A DNA stretch of 64,000 nucleotides from Escherichia phage teqdroes: sequence record NC_054932.1; one strand, given 5' to 3'. How positions within the stretch are numbered: the stretch's first letter is position 1; the number at the start of each line of letters is the position of its first letter. Below are positions 10,891-22,565 of this stretch, piece after piece. The notes under the pieces were generated by a model. The model searched no databases and was not told the DNA's origin. It was given only the letters and a program-made list of their open reading frames with translations. The translations under genes were made by a program, and so were the position numbers.

Positions 10891-11540
10891 TTAAACTCCG
10901 CATGCCTGCTGGTGGTGAAAGATACATTGATGGTAAATCAGTTTATAAATTATACTTAATGATAAAACAACATATGAATGGAAAGTATGATGTAATTAAG
11001 TATAATTGGTGCATGCGGGTGTCTGATGCCGCTTATCAAAAGCGAAGGGATAAGTATTTTTTCCAGAAGTTATCAGAAAAATATAAATTAAAGGAACTTG
11101 CTTTAATCTTTATAAGTAATTTGGTTGCTAACCAAGATGCTTGGATTGGTGACATCTCTGACGCTGATGCACTTGTGTTTTATCGTGAATATATCGGACG
11201 CTTAAAGCAAATTAAATTTAAGTTTGAAGAAGATATTCGCAACATTTATTATTTTAGTAAAAAAGTTGAAGTTTCTGCTTTTAAAGAAATTTTTGAATAT
11301 AATCCAAAAGTTCAATCAAGTTATATTTTTAAACTGCTTCAGTCGAACATAATTTCGTTTGAGACGTTTATCTTGCTTGATTCATTTTTAAATATAATTG
11401 ATAAACATGATGAACAGACTGATAATTTAGTCTGGAATAATTATTCTATAAAGTTAAAGGCTTATAGAAAAATTTTAAATATTGATTCACAGAAAGCTAA
11501 AAGTGTTTTCATTGAAACTGTGAAATCTTGTAAGTATTAA
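10887..11540 (+). CDS. 59: Helicase loader gp59, 217 aa
   Basis: ORF track; length and position upstream of gene 32 match T4 gp59. Confidence 0.9.
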   Translation: MIKLRMPAGGERYIDGKSVYKLYLMIKQHMNGKYDVIKYNWCMRVSDAAYQKRRDKYFFQKLSEKYKLKELALIFISNLVANQDAWIGDISDADALVFYREYIGRLKQIKFKFEEDIRNIYYFSKKVEVSAFKEIFEYNPKVQSSYIFKLLQSNIISFETFILLDSFLNIIDKHDEQTDNLVWNNYSIKLKAYRKILNIDSQKAKSVFIETVKSCKY

Positions 11541-11541
11541 T

Positions 11542-11565
11542 TGCTTATTATAAATAGATTATAAT
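11542..11565 (+). promoter_or_regulatory. MotA-dependent middle promoter (MotA box TGCTTA + TATAAT), overlapping a TATAAATA late-promoter motif at 11549-11556, upstream of gene 32
   Basis: TGCTTA 11542-11547, 12-bp gap, TATAAT 11560-11565; TATAAATA at 11549-11556. Confidence 0.6.
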
Positions 11566-11573
11566 TATCTCAC

Positions 11574-11642
11574 TGACCAGCTATGAGGTCATACATCGTC
11601 ATAGCACCAACTGTTAATTAAATTAAAAAGGAAATAAAAATG
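11574..11642 (+). promoter_or_regulatory. Gene 32 autoregulatory translational operator: 5' pseudoknot plus AU-rich unstructured region
   Basis: UGACC/GGUCA and GCUAUG/CAUAGC stems (11574-11605), then UUAAAUUAAAAAGGAAAUAAAAAUG; matches the known T4 gene 32 operator. Confidence 0.8.
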
Positions 11643-12548
11643 TTTAAACGTAAATCTACTGCTGAACTCGCTGCACAAATGGCTAAACTGGCTGGAAATA
11701 AAGGTGGTTTTTCTTCTGAAGATAAAGGCGAGTGGAAACTGAAACTCGACAATGCGGGTAACGGTCAAGCAGTAATTCGTTTTCTTCCGTCTAAAAATGA
11801 TGAACAAGCACCATTCGCAATTCTTGTAAATCACGGTTTCAAGAAAAATGGTAAATGGTATATTGAAAACTGTTCATCTACCCACGGTGATTACGATTCT
11901 TGCCCAGTATGTCAATACATTAGTAAAAATGATCTGTACAACACTGACAATAAAGAGTACAGTCTTGTTAAACGTAAAACTTCTTACTGGGCTAACATTC
12001 TTGTAGTAAAAGACCCAGCTGCTCCAGAAAACGAAGGTAAAGTATTTAAATACCGTTTCGGTAAGAAAATCTGGGATAAAATCAATGCAATGATTGCGGT
12101 TGATGTTGAAATGGGTGAAACTCCAGTTGATGTAACTTGTCCGTGGGAAGGTGCTAACTTTGTACTGAAAGTTAAACAAGTTTCTGGATTTAGTAACTAC
12201 GACGAATCTAAATTCCTGAATCAATCTGCGATTCCAAACATTGATGATGAATCTTTCCAGAAAGAACTGTTCGAACAAATGGTTGACCTTTCTGAAATGA
12301 CTTCTAAAGATAAATTCAAATCATTTGAAGAACTGAATACTAAATTCGGTCAAGTTATGGGAACTGCTGTGATGGGCGGTGCCGCAGCGACTGCTGCTAA
12401 GAAAGCTGATAAAGTTGCTGATGATTTGGATGCATTCAATGTTGATGACTTCAATACAAAAACTGAAGATGATTTTATGAGCTCAAGCTCTGGCAGTTCA
12501 TCTAGTGCTGATGACACGGACCTGGATGACCTTTTGAATGACCTTTAA
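11640..12548 (+). CDS. 32: ssDNA-binding protein gp32, 302 aa
   Basis: [50 protein letters not shown]... recognised as T4 gp32; Zn-binding Cys/His ([11 protein letters not shown]); acidic C-terminal tail. Confidence 0.97.
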   Translation: MFKRKSTAELAAQMAKLAGNKGGFSSEDKGEWKLKLDNAGNGQAVIRFLPSKNDEQAPFAILVNHGFKKNGKWYIENCSSTHGDYDSCPVCQYISKNDLYNTDNKEYSLVKRKTSYWANILVVKDPAAPENEGKVFKYRFGKKIWDKINAMIAVDVEMGETPVDVTCPWEGANFVLKVKQVSGFSNYDESKFLNQSAIPNIDDESFQKELFEQMVDLSEMTSKDKFKSFEELNTKFGQVMGTAVMGGAAATAAKKADKVADDLDAFNVDDFNTKTEDDFMSSSSGSSSSADDTDLDDLLNDL

Positions 12549-12570
12549 TAGATTATATTATTAATTAATT

Positions 12571-12596
12571 GGGGACCCTAGAGGTCCCCTTTTTTA
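12571..12596 (+). terminator. Intrinsic terminator after gene 32
   Basis: GGGGACC-CUAGA-GGUCCCC followed by UUUUUU. Confidence 0.8.
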
Positions 12597-12622
12597 TTTC
12601 AAAAATTTTTTTCACAAAACAG

Positions 12623-12652
12623 TTTACATCCTTGTCCTTCCATGGTACTATA
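12623..12652 (+). promoter_or_regulatory. Early promoter (GTTTAC-N18-TACTAT)
   Basis: GTTTAC 12623-12628, TACTAT 12647-12652. Confidence 0.55.
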
Positions 12653-12694
12653 CAACTATCGGCAATACTGCTGATGATTAAAGAGGAAAATAAT

Positions 12695-12925
12695 ATGGCT
12701 AAAGTTGATATTGACATCGTTGATTTTGAATATATCGAAGAAATTATTCGTAATCGTTATCCTGAACTTAGCATCACAAGTATTCACGATGATCCCAATT
12801 ATTGCAATTTTTCTATTGTCATTGAAGGTCCTCTTGAAGACCTCACCCGCTTTATGGCTAATGAATATTGTGATGGCATGGATTCTGAAGACGCAGAATT
12901 TTACATGGGACTGATTGAACAATAA
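12695..12925 (+). CDS. Small hypothetical early protein, 76 aa (frd.3-like position)
   Basis: ATG at 12695 preceded by SD AAGAGGA; downstream of an early promoter; track ORF 12569 probably N-extended. Confidence 0.55.
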   Translation: MAKVDIDIVDFEYIEEIIRNRYPELSITSIHDDPNYCNFSIVIEGPLEDLTRFMANEYCDGMDSEDAEFYMGLIEQ

Positions 12926-12931
12926 TTATCA

Positions 12932-12949
12932 AGGGGCTATCAAGCCCCT
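12932..12949 (+). other. Intercistronic stable hairpin
   Basis: AGGGGC-UAUCAA-GCCCCU between two small ORFs. Confidence 0.5.
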
Positions 12950-12969
12950 ATCAAAATGAGGAAACCGTA

Positions 12970-13350
12970 ATGTATACTGGTAAAAAGTATGAACTTGTTC
13001 CAAGACTTATTGATACATTTATTAATTATAGCCCACGTTCTAATTCATCAATAGTTAAAGCCATTCGAGATAATGGCGGATGGTTTGAAGTTAAAGAAGT
13101 TTCCGTCGCTAACGGATATAAAGCAGTAAAACACATTGAATGCGCAAATGGAAAGCATTTTTACCTCAAAGATAGACTTTTAGAAATTTGCGAAGACGAA
13201 TTTCATTGTTTTCGTGAGTATAAAGAACCGACTTCTGAAAAAGATGAAGTCAAAGACAAGGTTTCTGGCGTAACAAAAATTCACTGCATTGTAGATGAAA
13301 ACAATGTAGACGAAATCATTGAACTTTTGCGAAAAACTTTTAAGGCCTAA
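12970..13350 (+). CDS. Hypothetical early protein, 126 aa
   Basis: ORF track; SD GAGGAAA upstream; compact operon context. Confidence 0.6.
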   Translation: MYTGKKYELVPRLIDTFINYSPRSNSSIVKAIRDNGGWFEVKEVSVANGYKAVKHIECANGKHFYLKDRLLEICEDEFHCFREYKEPTSEKDEVKDKVSGVTKIHCIVDENNVDEIIELLRKTFKA

Positions 13351-13351
13351 T

Positions 13352-13612
13352 ATGACTAAAGATGATTTCCTGAATGCGGTAGAAAAAGCTAGTGAGAAAT
13401 TTGAAGTGATGGGTGTACGGGTCCACAAAGACAGAAATTACGGGCTCGATATTCAAACGTATTCGTTATGGCTTGTGGGTGAACACAGTCTTGTAACCAG
13501 TTTAGTTATGGGTGTCGATACCTATCCTCTATTGGTTAAGTTCAGAAGTATGGAAAAGGCTACTAAAGAAATGATTAAGCTTGGTAAGTGGCTCGATAAA
13601 ATTCAAAAATAA
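13352..13612 (+). CDS. Hypothetical early protein, 86 aa
   Basis: ATG at 13352 immediately after upstream stop; track start 13319 is TTG. Confidence 0.5.
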   Translation: MTKDDFLNAVEKASEKFEVMGVRVHKDRNYGLDIQTYSLWLVGEHSLVTSLVMGVDTYPLLVKFRSMEKATKEMIKLGKWLDKIQK

Positions 13613-13614
13613 TT

Positions 13615-13644
13615 GTTTACAACAGGCTATGGTAGTGATACTAT
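13615..13644 (+). promoter_or_regulatory. Early promoter (GTTTAC-N18-TACTAT) with dyad symmetry around -10
   Basis: GTTTAC 13615-13620, TACTAT 13639-13644; AGGCTAT...ATAGCCT inverted repeat. Confidence 0.55.
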
Positions 13645-13669
13645 AGCCTTATCAACTAAGGAGAATAAA

Positions 13670-13912
13670 ATGAGATTACAACGTCAGAGTATCAAAGATT
13701 CAGAAGTTAGAGGTAAATGGTATTTTAATATTATTGGTAAAGATTCTGAACTTGTTGAAAAAGCTGAACGTCTTTTGCGTGATATGGGATGGGAAGATGA
13801 ATGTGATGGATGCCCTCTTTATGAGGATGGAGAAAGCGCAGGATTCTGGATTTACCATTCTGACGTTGAACAGTTTAAAGCTGATTGGAAAATTGTGAAA
13901 AAGTCTGTTTGA
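13670..13912 (+). CDS. Hypothetical early protein, 80 aa
   Basis: ATG at 13670 with SD AAGGAG, downstream of early promoter 13615-13644. Confidence 0.55.
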   Translation: MRLQRQSIKDSEVRGKWYFNIIGKDSELVEKAERLLRDMGWEDECDGCPLYEDGESAGFWIYHSDVEQFKADWKIVKKSV

Positions 13913-13922
13913 GGAAAATATT

Positions 13923-14255
13923 ATGTCTGATATTCATGTAACTGGAATTTCCCAAGTAAACATTCGCTGCCAATTTAAAACTGTACCCGGGGTGACTCAT
14001 ATTAATTTATCACACGACCCATATTCTCGTGGAAGACAGTTAACTGGTGTAATTAAGTTTTTCGGAGGAATTGGTGGTAATGAATTTACTATAGGCGATG
14101 AAGAAATTGTTGGCTGTAAATTAAAAGTTCAGAAGGGCGTGTTAGAACTTTTTAATCCTGAAGCTTTTGATGAAATCTCACGAGCAGTTAACAAAGGAAT
14201 GTTAACGTTAATTAAAATGATTAAAGCTAGCGGATACGTTCCTGATCCTTTTTAA
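13923..14255 (+). CDS. Hypothetical early protein, 110 aa
   Basis: ORF track; SD GAGGAAA upstream. Confidence 0.6.
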   Translation: MSDIHVTGISQVNIRCQFKTVPGVTHINLSHDPYSRGRQLTGVIKFFGGIGGNEFTIGDEEIVGCKLKVQKGVLELFNPEAFDEISRAVNKGMLTLIKMIKASGYVPDPF

Positions 14256-14266
14256 TTGGAGATGAT

Positions 14267-15093
<827 letters not shown>

Positions 15094-15113
15094 AATAACG
15101 CGTGGCGGAAAAT

Positions 15114-15461
15114 ATGAATTTTAATTATTACCCTATTCTATTAGAAAAAGACGCGAAACAGCCAAAGTGGCAGGGTCCTCAGTTTATTAAAGGTGTCTAT
15201 CAATTAGTAGTTCCTAAAGACAAGATTTATAGCAGTTGTTTCACTGAATCCGCTTGCAGTATTTTCGGTAATAGTTCTCCGTATTGGAATTTTGACATAA
15301 AGCTGGATAGAAATATCGATATTTGGTTGAAAGCTATGGATATTGGTAATATCACGTTTGATGAGAATAATTATCATATTATTGGTCGCTTTTCCAAACG
15401 CGGTAAAGAATTATATTTCACGCCTGAAATTGAGAGAAAATTTGATGCTAAACCGTATTAA
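15114..15461 (+). CDS. Hypothetical protein, 115 aa, encoded on an insertion at the frd/td junction
   Basis: ORF (MNFNYYPILLEKDAKQPKWQ...) between frd stop and td start; track start 15102 is GTG; no recognisable motif. Confidence 0.5.
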   Translation: MNFNYYPILLEKDAKQPKWQGPQFIKGVYQLVVPKDKIYSSCFTESACSIFGNSSPYWNFDIKLDRNIDIWLKAMDIGNITFDENNYHIIGRFSKRGKELYFTPEIERKFDAKPY

Positions 15462-15467
15462 TTATTA

Positions 15468-15489
15468 GCTTCATAAAATGTATTATAAT
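15468..15489 (+). promoter_or_regulatory. Candidate middle/sigma70-like promoter inside the frd/td insertion, upstream of td
   Basis: GCTTCA (MotA-box-like, one mismatch) 15468-15473 and TATAAT 15484-15489; SD AAGG before td ATG. Confidence 0.35.
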
Positions 15490-15505
15490 TTATATAAGGT
15501 ACTAA

Positions 15506-16366
15506 ATGAAACAATACCAAGATTTAATTAAAGACATTTTTGAAAATGGTTATGAAACCGATGACCGAACAGGCACAGGAACAATTGCTTTGTTCGGTAC
15601 TAAATTGCGTTGGGATTTAACTAAAGGTTTTCCTGCAGTAACAACTAAGAAGCTTGCGTGGAATGCATGCATTGCTGAGCTTCTATGGTTTATTTCCGGT
15701 TCTACCAATGTTAATGATTTACGTCTTCGCACTCATGGTAGTCTTATTCAAGGCAAAACTATTTGGGACGATAACTATGAAAACCAGGCTAAAGACCTAG
15801 GATATCATAGTGGTGAACTTGGTCCTATATACGGTAAACAATGGCGTGATTTCGGTGGTGTGGATCAATTAGTTGAAACTATTGATCGTATTAAAAAATT
15901 ACCAACTGATCGACGTCAAATCGTTTCAGCATGGAATCCAGCTGAAATCAATCAAATGGCATTACCGCCCTGTCATATGTTCTATCAGTTTAATGTGCGT
16001 AATGGTTATCTTGATTTACAATGGTACCAAAGAAGTGTAGATGTTTTCTTGGGATTGCCATTCAACATTGCCTCGTACGCTGCCTTGACGCATATTGTGG
16101 CTAAGATGTGTAATCTTATCCCAGGAGATTTGATATTTTCTGGTGGTAATACTCACATCTATATGAATCATACTGAGCAATGTAAAGAAATTTTACGTCG
16201 TGAGCCTAAAGAACTATGTGAACTTAAAATTGATTGGCCTATAGAGTTTGGAAATTGTGACACCGAAACACAGCTTTACTGGTTAACTGAATACATGAAA
16301 CCGAAAGATTTTATCCTTGAAAATTATGAATCGCATCCAGCAATTAAAGGGAAAATGGCAATATGA
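15506..16366 (+). CDS. td: Thymidylate synthase, 286 aa, uninterrupted (no group I intron)
   Basis: [25 protein letters not shown]...PPCHMFYQF... TS active-site motifs; continuous 286-aa ORF. Confidence 0.96.
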
Positions 16367-16626
16367 TTTTACGATTTAAAGATACTTCTGGCGTTGTTCT
16401 TTTTACACTTCCTAACCCAAGCGAGTTAGAAGTTCCAGGACCAGAACAGCCTATTACCATTTATGGTAAAAAATACTATACTCATAAAATGACTCGTGAG
16501 TATTTTGATAATAAAATTTCTACAGTTAAAACTTCTTCTGATTGTTATTATGATATTACTGTTTTAACGGAAAAACAATATGACGAATTATTCCAGCGTG
16601 GGCCGTCTATGCCGGGTAGTGAATAA
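16363..16626 (+). CDS. Hypothetical protein, 87 aa (nrdA.2-like position)
   Basis: ORF track; start overlaps td stop (ATGA). Confidence 0.55.
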
Positions 16627-16906
16627 ATACAAATCCGACTTTGATGTTAATATTCACCGCGGTACATTTTGGGGAAATTACGTCGGTAAAGATGCTGGCA
16701 GCCGGGAGGCTGCCATTGAATTATTCAAAAAAGATTTTATACGTCGAATTAAATCCGGAGAAATAACTAAAGCACATTTAGAGCCTTTACGTGGAATGAG
16801 GCTAGGATGCACATGTAAACCAAAGCCGTGTCATGGTGATATAATAGCTCATATAGTTAACCGAGTGTTTAAAGACGATTTTCAAGTTGAGGACTTATGC
16901 AATTAA
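16580..16906 (+). CDS. Hypothetical protein with Cys/His cluster ([12 protein letters not shown]), up to 108 aa (nrdA.1-like position)
   Basis: ORF track; start uncertain (in-frame GTG at 16598/16619 are alternatives). Confidence 0.5.
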
Positions 16907-19161
16907 TTAATGTTATCAAAAGTAGTGGTGTTTCTCAGAGCTTCGACCCACAAAAAATTATTAAAGTTTTATCTTGGGCAGCTGAAGGAACATCAGTAGA
17001 TCCTTATGAATTATATGAAAATATTAAATCTTATCTCCGTGATGGAATGACAACTGATGATATTCAGACTATTGTCATTAAGGCTGCTGCGAATTCTATT
17101 TCGGTTGAAGAGCCTGATTATCAATATGTAGCTGCACGCTGTTTAATGTTTGCTCTTCGTAAGCATGTTTACGGGCAGTATGAACCGCGTTCATTTATTG
17201 ACCATATTTCTTATTGCGTAAATGAAGGGAAATATGACCCTGAACTGCTGTCAAAATATTCAGCAGAAGAAATTACATTTTTAGAATCAAAAATTAAGCA
17301 CGAGCGGGATATGGAATTTACTTATTCCGGAGCGATGCAATTAAAAGAAAAATATCTAGTCAAAGATAAAACCACCGGTCAAATTTATGAAACTCCGCAG
17401 TTTGCATTTATGACTATTGGAATGGCATTGCATCAAGATGAACCTGTTGATAGACTAAAACACGTTATTCGTTTTTATGAAGCGGTATCTACTCGACAGA
17501 TTTCATTACCAACTCCTATTATGGCTGGCTGTCGTACTCCGACTCGACAGTTTAGTTCATGTGTTGTTATTGAGGCAGGTGATTCGCTGAAGTCTATCAA
17601 TAAGGCTTCCGCTTCAATTGTTGAATATATCTCCAAACGCGCTGGAATTGGTATTAACGTTGGTATGATTCGTGCCGAAGGTTCTAAGATTGGTACAGGT
17701 GAAGTACGTCATACTGGTGTTATTCCTTTTTGGAAACATTTTCAGACTGCTGTTAAATCATGCTCACAGGGTGGAATTCGTGGCGGCGCTGCTACTGCTT
17801 ATTATCCTATTTGGCATTTGGAAGTTGAAAATCTTCTCGTTTTGAAAAATAACAAAGGCGTAGAAGAAAACCGAATTCGTCATATGGATTATGGTGTTCA
17901 GCTGAATGATTTGATGATGGAACGATTCGGAAAGAACGATTACATTACTTTGTTCAGTCCACATGAAATGGGTGGTGAGCTTTATTATTCTTATTTTAAA
18001 GACCAAGACCGTTTCCGTGAATTATATGAAGCCGCAGAAAAAGACCCTAATATTCGTAAAAAGCGTATTAAAGCCCGTGAACTGTTTGAATTGCTAATGA
18101 CTGAACGCTCAGGAACAGCAAGGATTTATGTACAGTTCATTGATAATACGAATAACTATACTCCATTTATTCGTGAAAAGGCACCTATTCGTCAGAGCAA
18201 CTTGTGTTGTGAAATTGCTATTCCAACAAATGACGTGAATAGTCCTGATGCTGAAATTGGATTGTGTACGTTATCTGCATTTGTGTTAGATAACTTTGAT
18301 TGGCAAGACCAAGATAAAATTAATGAATTGGCAGAAGTTCAAGTTCGTGCTCTTGATAATCTTTTGGACTACCAAGGATATCCAGTTCCTGAAGCAGAAA
18401 AAGCTAAAAAGCGTCGAAACCTCGGCGTAGGTGTTACTAACTATGCAGCTTGGCTGGCAAGTAATTTTGCTTCTTATGAAGATGCTAACGATTTAACACA
18501 TGAACTATTTGAGAGATTGCAGTATGGACTCATTAAAGCATCCATTAAGCTCGCCAAAGAAAAAGGACCTTGCGAATATTATTCAGACACTCGTTGGTCT
18601 CGAGGCGAATTACCTATCGACTGGTACAATAAAAAGATTGACCAAATCGCAGCTCCAAAATACGTTTGTGACTGGTCGTCGCTGCGGGAAGACCTTAAGC
18701 TCTTTGGCATCCGTAATAGCACATTATCAGCACTTATGCCATGTGAGTCATCTTCCCAAGTTTCTAACAGTACAAACGGTATCGAGCCTCCACGTGGACC
18801 AGTCTCTGTTAAAGAATCAAAAGAGGGTTCCTTTAATCAAGTCGTGCCCAATATTGAGCATAACATAGACCTCTATGATTATACGTGGAAATTAGCTAAG
18901 AAAGGTAATAAACCTTATCTTACGCAGGTAGCTATTATGCTGAAATGGGTATGTCAATCAGCTTCAGCGAATACATATTATGACCCGCAGATTTTTCCAA
19001 AAGGAAAGGTTCCAATGTCAATAATGATTGATGACCTTTTGTATTTTTGGTATTTTGGCGGAAAAAATTTCTATTATCATAATACCCGCGATGGTTCTGG
19101 TACTGATGATTATGAAATAGAAACTCCAAAAGCTGAAGATTGTTCATCCTGTAAATTATGA
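16897..19161 (+). CDS. nrdA: Aerobic ribonucleotide reductase large subunit, 754 aa
   Basis: Length equals T4 NrdA; class I RNR motifs; synteny with nrdB. Confidence 0.96.
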   Translation: MQLINVIKSSGVSQSFDPQKIIKVLSWAAEGTSVDPYELYENIKSYLRDGMTTDDIQTIVIKAAANSISVEEPDYQYVAARCLMFALRKHVYGQYEPRSFIDHISYCVNEGKYDPELLSKYSAEEITFLESKIKHERDMEFTYSGAMQLKEKYLVKDKTTGQIYETPQFAFMTIGMALHQDEPVDRLKHVIRFYEAVSTRQISLPTPIMAGCRTPTRQFSSCVVIEAGDSLKSINKASASIVEYISKRAGIGINVGMIRAEGSKIGTGEVRHTGVIPFWKHFQTAVKSCSQGGIRGGAATAYYPIWHLEVENLLVLKNNKGVEENRIRHMDYGVQLNDLMMERFGKNDYITLFSPHEMGGELYYSYFKDQDRFRELYEAAEKDPNIRKKRIKARELFELLMTERSGTARIYVQFIDNTNNYTPFIREKAPIRQSNLCCEIAIPTNDVNSPDAEIGLCTLSAFVLDNFDWQDQDKINELAEVQVRALDNLLDYQGYPVPEAEKAKKRRNLGVGVTNYAAWLASNFASYEDANDLTHELFERLQYGLIKASIKLAKEKGPCEYYSDTRWSRGELPIDWYNKKIDQIAAPKYVCDWSSLREDLKLFGIRNSTLSALMPCESSSQVSNSTNGIEPPRGPVSVKESKEGSFNQVVPNIEHNIDLYDYTWKLAKKGNKPYLTQVAIMLKWVCQSASANTYYDPQIFPKGKVPMSIMIDDLLYFWYFGGKNFYYHNTRDGSGTDDYEIETPKAEDCSSCKL

Positions 19162-19212
19162 TATAATTTGACTCACGGACGAGTCACTATCTATTAACTA
19201 AGCGGAAAATTT

Positions 19213-20382
19213 ATGAGCACAGTTTTTAATACAAATCCAGTTGATGTTTTAAAAGAACCTATGTTCTTCGGTTCAGGTCTTGGTATTGCGCGTTATGATA
19301 TTCAACGCCATAAAGTTTTTGAAGATTTAACCGAAAAGCAATTATCATTTTTCTGGCGTCCTGAAGAAGTAAACTTGATGATGGATGCTGCACAATTTAA
19401 CAAGCTTCCTCAGTATCAGCAAGATATTTTTACTAATAACCTGAAGTATCAATCACTTCTAGATAGCATTCAGGGTCGTGCACCGTCTGCTGTACTTATG
19501 TCATTAATTTCAGATCCAAGCCTTGATACATGGGTTGCTACATGGACTTTTAGCGAAACTATTCACAGTCGTTCATATACTCATATCATGCGAAATCTTT
19601 ATACTGATCCATCAAAGGTATTTGATGAGATTGTATTAGATAAAGCTATCATGAAACGTGCTGAATCTATTGGTCGTTATTATGATGACGTTCTAGTTAA
19701 GACTCGTGAATATCAGAATGCGGTTGAAGATTATGAAGGAATTTTATCAGAAGGATTTCGTAAAGAAGAGCTAGGCAAAGTTGTTGAATGTACTAAACGA
19801 GCACTAATGAAATCTCTTTACCTCTGCCTGCACGTAATCAACGCATTGGAAGCTATTCGTTTTTATGTATCTTTCGCATGTACCTTTAACTTCCATAAGA
19901 ACATGGAAATCATGGAAGGTAATGCCAAGATTATGAAGTTCATTGCACGTGATGAGCAGCTTCACCTTAAAGGCACCCAATATATTATTCGTCAACTTCA
20001 ACTTGGCACTGATGGTGATGAATGGGTTAAAATTGCTCAAGAGTGTGAACAAGAAGCAGTTGATATTTTCATGGAAGTTAACCGTCAAGAAAAAGACTGG
20101 GCAGTTCATTTATTTAAAGATGGCGATGTTCCTGGATTAAATACAAATAGCATGTGGAGCTTTATTGATTACTTAACTGTATCTCGTATGAAACAGTGTG
20201 GTCTTCCATGCCCAATTACTGATGCTCCGGTTAAACATCCGTATCCTTGGATTCGTGAATATCTTAATTCTGATAATGTTCAATCTGCACCGCAAGAAGT
20301 AGAACTGTCATCTTATCTTGTAGCACAGATTGATAATGACGTTGATGATAAAGTTATGATGAGTTTTAAAAAATATTTTTAA
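19213..20382 (+). CDS. nrdB: Aerobic ribonucleotide reductase small subunit, 389 aa, uninterrupted
   Basis: Continuous ORF of NrdB size; di-iron ligand context (E..H motifs); adjacent to nrdA. Confidence 0.95.
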   Translation: MSTVFNTNPVDVLKEPMFFGSGLGIARYDIQRHKVFEDLTEKQLSFFWRPEEVNLMMDAAQFNKLPQYQQDIFTNNLKYQSLLDSIQGRAPSAVLMSLISDPSLDTWVATWTFSETIHSRSYTHIMRNLYTDPSKVFDEIVLDKAIMKRAESIGRYYDDVLVKTREYQNAVEDYEGILSEGFRKEELGKVVECTKRALMKSLYLCLHVINALEAIRFYVSFACTFNFHKNMEIMEGNAKIMKFIARDEQLHLKGTQYIIRQLQLGTDGDEWVKIAQECEQEAVDIFMEVNRQEKDWAVHLFKDGDVPGLNTNSMWSFIDYLTVSRMKQCGLPCPITDAPVKHPYPWIREYLNSDNVQSAPQEVELSSYLVAQIDNDVDDKVMMSFKKYF

Positions 20383-20409
20383 GGAGTGGGCCGCAAGGCC
20401 CATTTTATT

Positions 20410-20412
<3 letters not shown>
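20381..20412 (+). promoter_or_regulatory. denA translation initiation region with hairpin between SD and AUG
   Basis: AAGGAG (20381-20386) then GGGCC-GCAA-GGCCC hairpin (20388-20401) then AUG at 20410. Confidence 0.5.
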
Positions 20413-21997
<1,585 letters not shown>

Positions 21998-22000
21998 GCT

Positions 22001-22030
22001 GTTTACAAGTCCCTCATGTTGTGTTATAGT
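22001..22030 (+). promoter_or_regulatory. Early promoter (GTTTAC-N18-TATAGT) upstream of alc; copy A of a duplicated promoter-leader cassette
   Basis: GTTTACAAGTCCCTCATGTTGTGTTATAGT; near-identical copy at 37787-37816. Confidence 0.65.
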
Positions 22031-22058
22031 AATCTTACTGACATAACATGAGGACTTT

Positions 22059-22565
22059 ATGATGGATTTGCAGCTTATTACTACTGAAATGGTCGTTGAA
22101 GCATACGGTGATACTACAGATGGGATTTCTGTATTTAAAGGAAATCGTCGAGTTGGATATATCACCGATCTTAAGAAAGATTTAGCTAAGCAAGTCAAGC
22201 GGAAAACGACCATTAAAGAATATCGAAATCGTCGTCTTGAGCAAGCCCGTGATATGCTTCCTGATGCGGTTGAAGAGATGAAAGTCTTTTTAGAAAATCA
22301 GCTTGCGAAATATGATTGTGATGTGTTCATTAATCAGACTCAACCTAATGTTCATATTAACAACTGTAAATGCTATATCATCGTTAATCCTTTGACGGGA
22401 AAACATCGTCTTGGAATTAGTAATCCAAATCGTAGCGCATCAGATATGGCAGAAGATGTTGAGGCATGCTTTAAAATTTCTAAATCTCCTGCTGAACATC
22501 ATATTTTAATTAACGGTCTTTCTCAAGACGATATTATAGAGGTTATTAAAACTTTATGCAATTAA
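22059..22565 (+). CDS. alc: Alc, inhibitor of host transcription, 167-168 aa
   Basis: ORF track; tandem ATG ATG start; size and position between rnlA and pseT cluster. Confidence 0.85.
   Translation: MMDLQLITTEMVVEAYGDTTDGISVFKGNRRVGYITDLKKDLAKQVKRKTTIKEYRNRRLEQARDMLPDAVEEMKVFLENQLAKYDCDVFINQTQPNVHINNCKCYIIVNPLTGKHRLGISNPNRSASDMAEDVEACFKISKSPAEHHILINGLSQDDIIEVIKTLCN

Noticed and set aside
15506-16366. Possible group I intron / I-TevI in td, and I-TevIII in nrdB at 19213-20382
   Set aside because: Both genes are single uninterrupted ORFs of full expected length; no intron-sized insertion is present.
16897-19161. Intein in nrdA or in gene 17, 23 or 30
   Set aside because: Protein lengths match intein-free T4 homologues (754, 610, 521, 487 aa).
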